Assembly: GCA_963713825.1 (NCBI GenBank) | Contig: CAVQNG010000014.1 | Location: 283,596-347,595 of the forward strand | Length of the DNA: 64,000 nucleotides | Direction of reading: 5' to 3' | DNA from: an uncultured Acidobacteriota bacterium | GTDB lineage: Bacteria > Acidobacteriota > Thermoanaerobaculia > Multivoradales > JAHEKO01 | Shown: piece by piece, positions 55,507-64,000 of the stretch | Position numbering within the stretch: the first letter of the stretch is position 1 | How the letters are laid out: each line of letters begins with the position of its first letter | The notes under the pieces: model-generated | What the model was told of the DNA's origin: nothing | The model's database searches: none | What the model saw: the letters and a program-made list of their open reading frames with translations, nothing else | Program-made: the position numbers and the translations under genes

Positions 55507-56979
55507 GTGAGATTGCCATCGGTGAAGTTGGCTCTGGATCCGCGACGTAGCACTGACCTCGTCATCATGGGCGTTTTCGAACGCACTGCCCCGAGCACCC
55601 ACGGCCTTCCGAAGCGAATCGTCAACGCTGCAGTTCGCGCTTGTGAGAGCCCTGGGTTCAGGGCTCTGGATGGACAGGTGCGGCGAGTCGAAACCAGCGG
55701 TGCAGACAGAGAGGTGGTAGAGGTTCACGGTCTGGGTCCGAAAGGCTCCTTCAATGAGCGGAAGCTCCGAAAGTGGATTGCTCGAGTCGCCGTAGAGGCC
55801 GGACAAGAAGGGTGCAAGAAGGCGGGTCTTGTGACTCCCGACCACCCTGCTGCGAAGGGTCGTAGATCTCTGTCTGTGCTGACGGAAGTCCTGCTGTCGG
55901 GGTACCGGTTCGACCGTTTTCGGAAATCACGATCTGCTCGACGGCTCCAGGAGATTCAACTCGTTCCACCTCAGGGCGAGGACTCGATCTATGGTGAGGC
56001 CCTTCCTGTGGCGAAGAAACTGGCGACCTCGGTGGCCTGGGCTAGAGATCTGGGTAATACGCCACCCAACGTGGCCACCCCGGAATGGATGGCGGATCAG
56101 GCGAGCGAGATGGCTGGGGATCTGGGGATGAAGGTTGAAGTGCTGGGGTCCGAAGAGCTCATGGCCAAAGGCATGGGCGGGATACTCGCCGTGGGTAGCG
56201 GATCGAGCAACTCGCCTCGTCTCGTTCGACTCGAATGGGGGGAAGAGGGGGAGACCGTGGCGCTGGTCGGCAAGGGCGTGACGTTCGACACCGGTGGGAT
56301 CTCCATCAAACCCTCCCAGGGCATGGAGGAGATGAAGTACGACAAGTGCGGCGCTTGTGCCGTCCTGGGTATGGCTCGGGCCGCTGCCGATCTGAAGCTT
56401 CCACTTCGTTTCCGGGCCTACCTTCCTCTGGTCGAGAACATGCCGGATGGGAAGTCCTATCGGCCGGCTGACATCATTCGGTCCTACAACGGCAAGACAG
56501 TCGAAGTGATCGACACGGACGCGGAAGGTCGCATGATTCTGGCGGACGCCATGGCTTGGGCGGCGGAAGAGAAGCCGGATACCCTGCTCGAGTTCTCGAC
56601 CCTGACGGGGGCCGCGGTCGTTGCCCTCGGCAGTCATGGCGCAGCGCTCTATTCGCCGCACGAGGATCTGGTCAGGGAGCTGTTGGCTGCCGGCGACAGC
56701 TCTGGGGATCGGTTGTGGCAGATGCCCCTTTGGGAGGAGTTTCGCGAGGAGATGAAGGGCGTGCACGGTGACCTGAAGAATCTTGGAAGCCGCTGGGGAG
56801 GAGCGAACAATGCAGCGGCTTTCCTGGCGAATTTCGTGGGTCGAGTTCAACGGTGGGCGCATGTCGACATCGCTGGGACTGCCTATGAGGCCTCTCGCGA
56901 GGAGGGCATCTCGGGAGCCACGGGCTTCGGAGTCCCCTTGATCACCGACTGGCTTCTCAGCCGTACCGAACGGTTCTAG
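55507..56979 (+). CDS. pepA: Leucyl aminopeptidase (M17)
   Basis: LVGKGVTFDTGG, MKYDKCG, ENMP, DTDAEGR, TLTGA, WAHVDIAGT. Confidence 0.95.
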   Translation: MRLPSVKLALDPRRSTDLVIMGVFERTAPSTHGLPKRIVNAAVRACESPGFRALDGQVRRVETSGADREVVEVHGLGPKGSFNERKLRKWIARVAVEAGQEGCKKAGLVTPDHPAAKGRRSLSVLTEVLLSGYRFDRFRKSRSARRLQEIQLVPPQGEDSIYGEALPVAKKLATSVAWARDLGNTPPNVATPEWMADQASEMAGDLGMKVEVLGSEELMAKGMGGILAVGSGSSNSPRLVRLEWGEEGETVALVGKGVTFDTGGISIKPSQGMEEMKYDKCGACAVLGMARAAADLKLPLRFRAYLPLVENMPDGKSYRPADIIRSYNGKTVEVIDTDAEGRMILADAMAWAAEEKPDTLLEFSTLTGAAVVALGSHGAALYSPHEDLVRELLAAGDSSGDRLWQMPLWEEFREEMKGVHGDLKNLGSRWGGANNAAAFLANFVGRVQRWAHVDIAGTAYEASREEGISGATGFGVPLITDWLLSRTERF

Positions 56980-56991
56980 CTGCGGCGTGGC

Positions 56992-57991
56992 ATGAGGGAT
57001 CTGCTCTCCATCGAGGAACTCTCTGTGGCTTTCGAGCTCGGAGGGCGGTCGATCCCCGTCCTGCGCGAGGTATCGTTGCAGGTGCAAGGTGGCGGTTTCG
57101 TGGGGCTGGTGGGGGAGTCTGGATCCGGCAAGAGTCTCTTGGCGCTGTCGGTTTTGCGTCTGCTGCCGCCGACAGCCAAGGTGGTCTCCGGACGGGTCAT
57201 CTTCGAAGGCCAGGACCTGCTGGAGCTTTCCACTACGGACCTGCGAGCCATTCGAGGCGGTCGAATCGGCATGGTCTTTCAAGAGCCCATGACCGCTCTG
57301 AATCCGGTCTACACCATCGGTTTCCAGGTCGCTGAGGCTCTGAGAGCTCATCGGAAGCTGAATCGAGACCAGGCCAGGGCCGAGGTCGAGCGGTTGCTCG
57401 AGATGGTTGCGATCTCGTCGGCTGGCTCACGTTACGAGGACTACCCGCATCAGCTTTCGGGAGGTCAGCGTCAGCGAGTCGTGCTGGCGATGGCATTGGC
57501 GGCCGAACCTGCCCTTCTCATCGCTGACGAGCCGACGTCGGCCCTGGATGTCTCGATCCAGGCGGAGATCCTGCAGCTTCTCGAGGAGCTCCGAGCTCGG
57601 CTTGGGCTAGCCATACTCTTCATCACCCACGACCTGGCCGCCGCGGCCGGCACATGCGAACAGGTCTACGTCATGTATGCCGGGCAGATCGTCGAGTCCG
57701 CCAGGACTGTGGACCTCTTCCAGGCTACCGGGCACCCCTACACCCGTGGGCTCCTGGCCTCGATTCCCAGGCTCGGCTCACCTCAGGGGCGTGGTGAGAT
57801 GATCTCGATTCCCGGGCAAGCTCCAGCCCTGGGTGAGTTTCCCCGCGGGTGTTCGTTTCATCCGCGGTGTAGCGAGGCCGTAGCGCGTTGCAGTGAGGAG
57901 GAGCCGAGCATGGTTCCGGGGTCAGGGCAGAAGCCAGGCGCGGTGCCTTCTTCTCGAGGCGTCGGGAGGTGGAGTGGGGGAGTCCGAATGA
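56992..57991 (+). CDS. Oligopeptide ABC ATPase, OppD/DppD-like (frameshift near 57931)
   Basis: GESGSGKS, FQEPMTALNP, LSGGQRQR, HPYT, GCSFHPRC; the expected terminal ..QARCLL..* is in the +1 frame, ending at TGA 57991 (ATGA overlap). Confidence 0.85.
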
Positions 57992-59002
57992 GCGCCGCCC
58001 TGGTCGAGGTTTCCGGTCTCAGCAAGTCCTTTCCAGTGCGAAGAGGACTTTTTCAAAGCGAGACCGCCGAGTTCCGAGCGGTGGATGCTGTCGATCTCGA
58101 GATTCTGAAGGGTGAGACCCTGGCGCTCGTCGGTGAATCGGGCAGCGGCAAGACGACCTTTGCTCGCTGCCTCTTGAGGCTTCTGGAGGCCGACAGCGGG
58201 AGCGTTAGCATCGCCGGCGAGGACCTGTTGGCGATGTCAGCGCAGCGGTTGCGGCAGCGGCGTCGGAACTTCCAGATGGTCTTCCAGGATCCCTACGGCT
58301 CCTTGAACCCCCGGATGAGGGTCGGTGAGGCGCTCGCCGAACCGCTGGCGATCCACGAGGTCGTACCGCGCCGATCACGAGCCAAAAGGGTAGAGGAGTT
58401 GTTGGATCTCGTCGGCCTGCCAGGCGAGGTGGCGGCCAGATTCCCCCATGAGTTTTCAGGCGGGCAGCGACAGCGGATCGCGATCGCCAGAGCCTTGGCG
58501 CCGGAGCCTGGATTCCTGGTGGCGGACGAGCCCGTAGCGGCGTTGGATGGTTCCGTCAGGGCCCAGATCCTGAATGTCCTGTCTCGGCTCCAGGAGCATC
58601 TTGGCCTGACTCTGCTTCTGATTGCTCATGATCTCGCGATCGTCGAGCAGATGGCCGACAGGGTGGCCATTTTCTTTCTGGGCAGGCTGGTGGAGTTGGC
58701 GCCCAGTACAGCTCTTTTTGCCGAATCCACTGCACCCATATACCGTCAACCTCCTGAGCTGCGTGCCGACCCCTGATCCTGCGGTTGGACCACCGGCGTC
58801 TGTCGCGTCCGAGCAACCTAGCAGGGCGATCGAAATGGGCCCAGGCTGCGCGTTCTATGCGCGATGTCCTGTCGCCAGGGATCATTGCAGGACGGAGAGA
58901 CCTGACCTGCTGGAGGTCGACACCGGTCATGAGGTAGCCTGCCACTACCCGGGTGAGCTGGAGAGAGGCCACCCGACTAGCGCGGGAAATGGAACTTTCT
59001 GA
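57988..59002 (+). CDS. Oligopeptide ABC ATPase, OppF/DppF-like (frameshift near 58723)
   Basis: GESGSGKT, FQDPYGSLNP, FSGGQRQR; NPLHPYT..GCAFYARCP..GHEVACH continues in the +1 frame to 59002. Confidence 0.85.
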
Positions 59003-59093
59003 GGTTTCAGACGTAGGACACAACAATGGTGGTCGTTAGGGCTGCCGAATACGCTAGAGATCAACGATCTGACCAGTGACGAGGAACGGGTTC

Positions 59094-60731
59094 ATGAACG
59101 AAAACTCTGCGCGCACAACCACGACTACGCTGGGCGACCGGCCCTGGGGTCTCTCCATGTTGCTCGGCTTTCTGGCCTGTTTGCTGTGCCTCGGCCTATC
59201 GGTCGGGTCCGTGGGAGCCGACCCGATCCTGGTCAGCCCTCAGCAACCCGACCTCTCAGTGCCCCCATCCTTGACGATCCAGGATGGTGCCCTGGCCCTC
59301 AGTCTGGAAGACGCCAAGGCGATCGCCCTCGAGCGAAACTTGAGCCTGGTCGTCGAGCGCTTTGCCCAGGAGCAGGCCGATCTCGAGATTCTCCAGAACC
59401 GGGGCATCTACGACCTGTTCACGGCAGCCGATTTCCAGAAGCTGTCCGACACCTCGCCAGCGGCTTCGAACCTTGATGGTGCCCTGGTGCAGGAGTTCGA
59501 GCTCATGGATGTCGATCTCGGTCTCGAGCAGTTGGTCTCGACCGGCGGCCGGCTGCGCTTCGATTGGGACAACAACGAGCAAAAAACCAACTCTCTGTTC
59601 GCTACCCTCAATCCGGCCTATCGGATTGATATGGATCTGACGTTCATTCAGCCACTCCTCAGGAATCGGGGCAAGCTGGCGACGAACAGGAACCTCCTCA
59701 TCGCCCAGACCAATCGCGGTATCAGCCGTGAGACCTTCGAGTTACAAGTAACCAGGGTGCTCTTGGATGTCGAAGGGGCCTATTGGAACCTGGCGGAGTC
59801 GATCGCGCAGTTCGAAGTGGCCGAAGAGAGCCTCGACCTGGCCAAGCAGCTACACGAGCAGAACATGATCCGCGTCGAGGTCGGGACGCTGGCCCCACTC
59901 GAGCTGGTGCAGAGCGAAGCTGGGGTGGCAAGCCGTGAGGTGGAGATCATCCGAGCGCGAGCCGCGATTGGCGACCGGTCCGACGTGCTGAGGCAGCTGA
60001 TGAATCTCGAGCGTGATGAGGACTTGTGGGAGCTGCCCATTGTCCCGACCTCGGATCCTTTCGAGCAGCCTGAGACCGTGGGACTCGACGAGGCGATCGA
60101 GATCGCTCTCGAGAACCGACCGGAGCTGCGGCAGCAAGAATTGACCTTGCAGAATCGGCAGGTCGACGTGGACTATTTCAAGGGTCAGCGGCAGGCTCGT
60201 CTCGATTTTGCCGGCACCTACGGTCTCAACGGTGTCGGAGGCGATATCACAGATCCAGATTTCCCTTCGGACGGCGACTATCTGGACGCGATGGACCAGA
60301 TCCTCAATGCCGATTTTGACGGTTGGCGGATTGGTCTGAACTTCGCTTTCCCAATCCAGAACCGAACCGCAAAAGCCAATAGCGCCATCGCAGATGTCAA
60401 CTTCGATCGGGCGTTGGCCGTGCAGAAGGACGTCGAGCTGGGCGTGATCACCGAGGTCCGGAGAGTGGCTCGCGCGTTGGAGGCCTCCCTCGAAGCGGTT
60501 GAATCGGCCGGAGTAGCGCGTCGCCTTCAGGAGCGAAACTACGAAGCGGAGCAGAAGCGCTACGACAACGGCATGTCCACGAGCTTTCAGGTGCTGCGGA
60601 TCCAGGAGGATGTAACGACGGCCCGTAGCCAATACGTAGATGCCGTGGCCGCCTACAGGCGAGCCTTGGCACTGCACTACCAGTCCATCGGTACGCTGAT
60701 CGACGAATCGGGGGTCGAGATCATCGAGTAG
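59094..60731 (+). CDS. TolC-family outer-membrane efflux protein
   Basis: LSLEDAKAIALERN, QPLLRN, AYWNL, ALENRPEL, AEQKRYDNG. Confidence 0.9.
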   Translation: MNENSARTTTTTLGDRPWGLSMLLGFLACLLCLGLSVGSVGADPILVSPQQPDLSVPPSLTIQDGALALSLEDAKAIALERNLSLVVERFAQEQADLEILQNRGIYDLFTAADFQKLSDTSPAASNLDGALVQEFELMDVDLGLEQLVSTGGRLRFDWDNNEQKTNSLFATLNPAYRIDMDLTFIQPLLRNRGKLATNRNLLIAQTNRGISRETFELQVTRVLLDVEGAYWNLAESIAQFEVAEESLDLAKQLHEQNMIRVEVGTLAPLELVQSEAGVASREVEIIRARAAIGDRSDVLRQLMNLERDEDLWELPIVPTSDPFEQPETVGLDEAIEIALENRPELRQQELTLQNRQVDVDYFKGQRQARLDFAGTYGLNGVGGDITDPDFPSDGDYLDAMDQILNADFDGWRIGLNFAFPIQNRTAKANSAIADVNFDRALAVQKDVELGVITEVRRVARALEASLEAVESAGVARRLQERNYEAEQKRYDNGMSTSFQVLRIQEDVTTARSQYVDAVAAYRRALALHYQSIGTLIDESGVEIIE

Positions 60732-60765
60732 GTTGAGCCGCCGAAGTGGGACGCCCCGATTTGCT

Positions 60766-62907
60766 CTAGATTGCGATCGAAGCTTGACGGTCCTCGATGA
60801 TCGGGCGATTCCGATCCTCGCTCAATAGAGTGAGGAGAGAGTCGACGACCTGCGGTTCGAATTGCGTCCCGACGTGTTTCGTCATGTACCGAATCACGGC
60901 GTCGTGGCTCAAAGCCGCCCGATAGGGTCGATTCGACCGCAAGGCATCATAGCAATCGACCGCTGCAAGGATCTGGGCCTCGAGGCAGATTTCGTCGCCG
61001 GCTAGACCGGCTGGATAGCCGGTACCGTCGTACCACTCGTGATGCTGTGCTACGAGCGGCACAACGTCCCTGAGGGCGGGCACCGGTCGCAGAATCTGAA
61101 CGCCGATTCGAACGTGCTCGCGGACTCGGCTCATTTCCTCTGGCGAAAGACTACCCTTCTTGTCGAGGATGTCTGTTGGGACACCGATCTTGCCTATGTC
61201 ATGCAGGAGGCTGGCCCTGAGAAGGCTGTCGAGTCTCGCGTCGCTTAGACCCATGGCCTTGCCAACTCGCTGAGCCAGGTCCATGACTCTCTCGGAGTGC
61301 CCCATGGTCCAATGGGAGCGAACGTCGATGGTCCGACCGAGCGCTGTCAACGTTCCCCAACTCATGGCGTCCAGATCTTCGACGAGCTCTGCGTTGGACA
61401 AGGCTACAGCCACTTGGTTGGCAACGTGTCGGTGAAGGGCGAGATCGCTATCCTCGAGTCGTGATGAGGCGTGGAGGCTACCGGCAATCACGGACACCAG
61501 ATCACCATGAAGGAAGATCGGAAAGGCGAGTATCGGAAGAATGGTGGTCTTCTGGTCGCTCAGATAGTAGCTGGGGGGGACTGCGCCAGGCGGTACCAGG
61601 ACATGGTGTCTGGAATGGTGCAGCTGCTCCAGGTCGGAATCGGAGATCTTTCGGACAAGCGGACCGGTAGTCATGGTGTCACCGGAGTCGCGATAGAACT
61701 GATGCCCAACAGATTGCCCCTCTCGCTCCGTGAGGGTGACAACGACCCGAGCCGAGTCCAATAGTTGCTGAAATTCCACGAGAACCGTGTCGATGATCCG
61801 ATTCGTGTTCAGGGAGGAAAGAACGGCTTCGACGAACTCATTCGATGTTCTCAGGGTCTTGAACTGAATCTCCAGATTCCCGGCCATGGAATTGAAGGAC
61901 GCGGCAACATCGGCGAATTCGTCGTCGGTCTGGACTTCGACGCGCGTTTCCAGTTGTCCCTCTGCAATTTCCTTCGTGCCCCTTTGAAGCTCCTGGAGTG
62001 GCACCAGATGTCTGCGGATCTGACCGATCGTGAGGAGAAGGATGATCCACAGCGAAAGAAGTATGGTGCCGATGAGGTTTCGCTTGAAATCGAAGAACGG
62101 CTGCATGGAGAGGTTGCTGGCCTCGCCAATGACGATCGTCATCGCGGCGCTTCCGTAGAGTGGGCGGAGATTGGCGCTACGGTACTGTGCCCGAAAGTCA
62201 ACCTTCTCGGCATCCTGCCATAGGAGGCTGCCCATCGACTGTTCCGACACTTTCTCAGAGAGGGTTCGCAGGATCTCGGGTGTCAGCTCAGTGGTGGACA
62301 GCACGGGATTCGGCAGGTCTTCCAGGAGAATCACAAGATCGGCCTCTGCCGGTAGCGTGTTGTCCCTTGGTGGACCCCACCACAAGTAGCTGTTCTCGAT
62401 CTCGCCCCAAAGAATCGAAGGTGGGGAATTCTCGAGGCTCGGACAATTCCGGCCGAGAAGAAATCGATAGGTGCCATCGGCCTGCTCCTGCGCGTGAAAC
62501 AGGGGCTGATTCGCGTCGAGATGATCGTGTTGCGACGATGTCAAGTCGGGAGGAACAAACGGCGATCCTGCGAGTGTTCTGCCTGGAGATGCCGCGGACT
62601 TGAGGACTATGCTCCTGAACCGCTCGGGATTGACCTTGAACTCGTTCCCCGTCGAGCCGGACAGTAGCGAGTGCTCAGCGAGCTGAAGCTCGACGTCTAG
62701 AAGATTGAGACGGGCGATGATGCCCATAACCGTCGACTTGCCGAGCTCCTGCAGACGCCGTTCCGCTTGCTCCTCGAGCTCCGCAGAGACCGAATGGTAG
62801 GAGATAACCAGCAGTACGAAAAGTGGTAGCAGAGCGCATGCGACGAAGAGAGTAAACAGACGAATCCCGAACTTGCTTCGCAGGAAGGTCTTGTCGAAAC
62901 GCAACAC
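60766..62907 (-). CDS. Membrane HD-GYP phosphodiesterase (TM-periplasmic-TM-HAMP-GAF-HD-GYP)
   Basis: HAMP PLQEL..DEFADVAASFNSM; GHSERV, HDIGKIG, HHEWYDGTGYP, D.YDALRSNRPYR. Confidence 0.92.
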   Translation of the reverse strand: MLRFDKTFLRSKFGIRLFTLFVACALLPLFVLLVISYHSVSAELEEQAERRLQELGKSTVMGIIARLNLLDVELQLAEHSLLSGSTGNEFKVNPERFRSIVLKSAASPGRTLAGSPFVPPDLTSSQHDHLDANQPLFHAQEQADGTYRFLLGRNCPSLENSPPSILWGEIENSYLWWGPPRDNTLPAEADLVILLEDLPNPVLSTTELTPEILRTLSEKVSEQSMGSLLWQDAEKVDFRAQYRSANLRPLYGSAAMTIVIGEASNLSMQPFFDFKRNLIGTILLSLWIILLLTIGQIRRHLVPLQELQRGTKEIAEGQLETRVEVQTDDEFADVAASFNSMAGNLEIQFKTLRTSNEFVEAVLSSLNTNRIIDTVLVEFQQLLDSARVVVTLTEREGQSVGHQFYRDSGDTMTTGPLVRKISDSDLEQLHHSRHHVLVPPGAVPPSYYLSDQKTTILPILAFPIFLHGDLVSVIAGSLHASSRLEDSDLALHRHVANQVAVALSNAELVEDLDAMSWGTLTALGRTIDVRSHWTMGHSERVMDLAQRVGKAMGLSDARLDSLLRASLLHDIGKIGVPTDILDKKGSLSPEEMSRVREHVRIGVQILRPVPALRDVVPLVAQHHEWYDGTGYPAGLAGDEICLEAQILAAVDCYDALRSNRPYRAALSHDAVIRYMTKHVGTQFEPQVVDSLLTLLSEDRNRPIIEDRQASIAI

Positions 62908-62933
62908 TACTCTTCAGCCTTCCCTGTGCTGCC

Positions 62934-63422
62934 CTAAAACTCCGAAGCCGGACCGACGTAGCGTCCATCATTGGCTCGAACGATGTCGTCTCGACTGGCT
63001 TTGGCTGTGAGCGGCGAGACGCTCAATCCATCAGGGCCCATGCTGTAGAGGTCGTAGTCAGAATTGAGCGGGACGAGGAATCGATCCTTGCGTGCCTTTC
63101 CTTTCCAGTCTTTCGAGGTACTAGGAAGATACTGGTAGGGATTTCCGAAGCGGTCGAAATAAGAACCACTTTCGAGCTCGTCCAGACTGGTCGGATAGCG
63201 GCCCTGGAGTCTTTCGAAGGCTGAGATCTCGAACGAGAGCTTGTTAATGTCCATGACGGTGCGGCGCACCACCGTACGCTGGAGATGTTGTGTCACGGCC
63301 GGCACGATGAGTGTGGCCAGAGTGCCGATAATGGCTACGATGACCAAGAGTTCCACGAGTGTCCACCCTTGCACCCGATGGTGGAAGGATTTGTGACGTA
63401 GAGGGGTCTCGACGGAGATCAT
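62934..63422 (-). CDS. Prepilin-type (GspG-like pseudopilin) protein
   Basis: Class III signal QG|WTLVELLVIVAIIGTLA with Glu+5; GRYPTSL, DRFGNPYQY, LYSMGPDG. Confidence 0.85.
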   Translation of the reverse strand: MISVETPLRHKSFHHRVQGWTLVELLVIVAIIGTLATLIVPAVTQHLQRTVVRRTVMDINKLSFEISAFERLQGRYPTSLDELESGSYFDRFGNPYQYLPSTSKDWKGKARKDRFLVPLNSDYDLYSMGPDGLSVSPLTAKASRDDIVRANDGRYVGPASEF

Positions 63423-63430
63423 GTCTAGTC

Positions 63431-63844
63431 TTAGGGGGCGGCACCAGAGGGCATGGCGCGCTTCCAGATGACCTGTTCGCGGTTGGCGAGTCGAAGCTCA
63501 TGACCTCTGGGGTCGAGCTGTACAGGTAATTTGAACTCGCCCCCGTCGGAGGATTCGTACACGATTGAATACAGAGTGTGCCCCTCGGCTTCTTCCCATT
63601 GGACCTCGGTGATCGAGAGGGGCTCGCGGTCCCCGGATTCACCAGTGTCAAAGTACAGGCGAAGCGCCTGGATCTCGAGAGTTCGACCCGAGTATTGTGG
63701 TCCTTGGGCCGCCCAGGTTCCGACGAGCTCAGGAGGGGCCGTGCCACTCGAGTTCCCACCGCAGGCAAGGAACAACAAGACCAAAGAGCCCAATAGGAGA
63801 GGGAGTAATTCCGAGCGCGGATGGAATCTTCGTATCTGAGACAT
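63431..63844 (-). CDS. Hypothetical lipoprotein (137 aa, beta-rich)
   Basis: Lipobox LFLAC, ELVGTW; 8 nt upstream of the pseudopilin. Confidence 0.7.
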   Translation of the reverse strand: MSQIRRFHPRSELLPLLLGSLVLLFLACGGNSSGTAPPELVGTWAAQGPQYSGRTLEIQALRLYFDTGESGDREPLSITEVQWEEAEGHTLYSIVYESSDGGEFKLPVQLDPRGHELRLANREQVIWKRAMPSGAAP

Positions 63845-64000
63845 CAGAGGGTACCGTCCCTCGCAACCTGGCGTGGTTCATCCCTGGCGAGGATGATACG
63901 CGGACGCTTCCTAAGCCTCTTGTTAGTCGCAGTTAGATTCTAGGGGTTACTGCAATTATCCGAGGTTAGATCCTGCACACAGCTCGATAACGAGTTGGCG

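Noticed and set aside
56992-58776. Apparent 594-aa OppD-OppF fusion in the ORF track
   Set aside because: The OppD C-terminal Cys motif and stop (ATGA overlap at 57988-57991) are in the +1 frame, so this is two genes joined by a frameshift.
1-64000. CRISPR arrays, IS elements, prophage, rRNA
   Set aside because: No regularly spaced repeats, transposase, integrase, phage structural genes or rRNA signatures were seen; the repeats present are protein-level (TPR, NHL, LysM).

Overview
GC-rich (about 60-65% by eye) bacterial chromosomal segment. Gene content suggests Acidobacteriota (Thermoanaerobaculia-like) or a myxobacteria-like lineage, which is an inference. It holds about 50 genes and no rRNA, tRNA, CRISPR array or transposase that I can support. 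Main content: a sigma54-driven MacAB/FtsX-type ABC exporter operon with an NtrC regulator and sensor kinase; a peroxiredoxin plus small wHTH pair; an archaeal-type DNA topoisomerase VI (top6B-top6A) downstream of an HNH nuclease that has lost conserved residues; MltD; an orphan MttB-family methyltransferase with a structured leader; several thioredoxin-fold proteins and peptidases; a thiolase-like protein lacking the usual nucleophile Cys paired with a DUF35 protein; dnaB, purC, pepA, OppD/OppF and TolC. Cyclic-nucleotide signalling genes are dense: two GGDEF-EAL, two PilZ, two DUF4388 (one with an MshEN motif), one HD-GYP and a divergent class III cyclase. The best candidates for undescribed systems are the lipoprotein-solo pseudopilin-membrane HD-GYP operon (60766-63844), the divergent cyclase upstream of purC (53327-55364) and the HNH-Topo VI block. 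Four apparent +1 frameshifts suggest uncorrected long-read indels, so split or fused ORFs need caution. All family calls come from motif recognition by eye; no database search was run.
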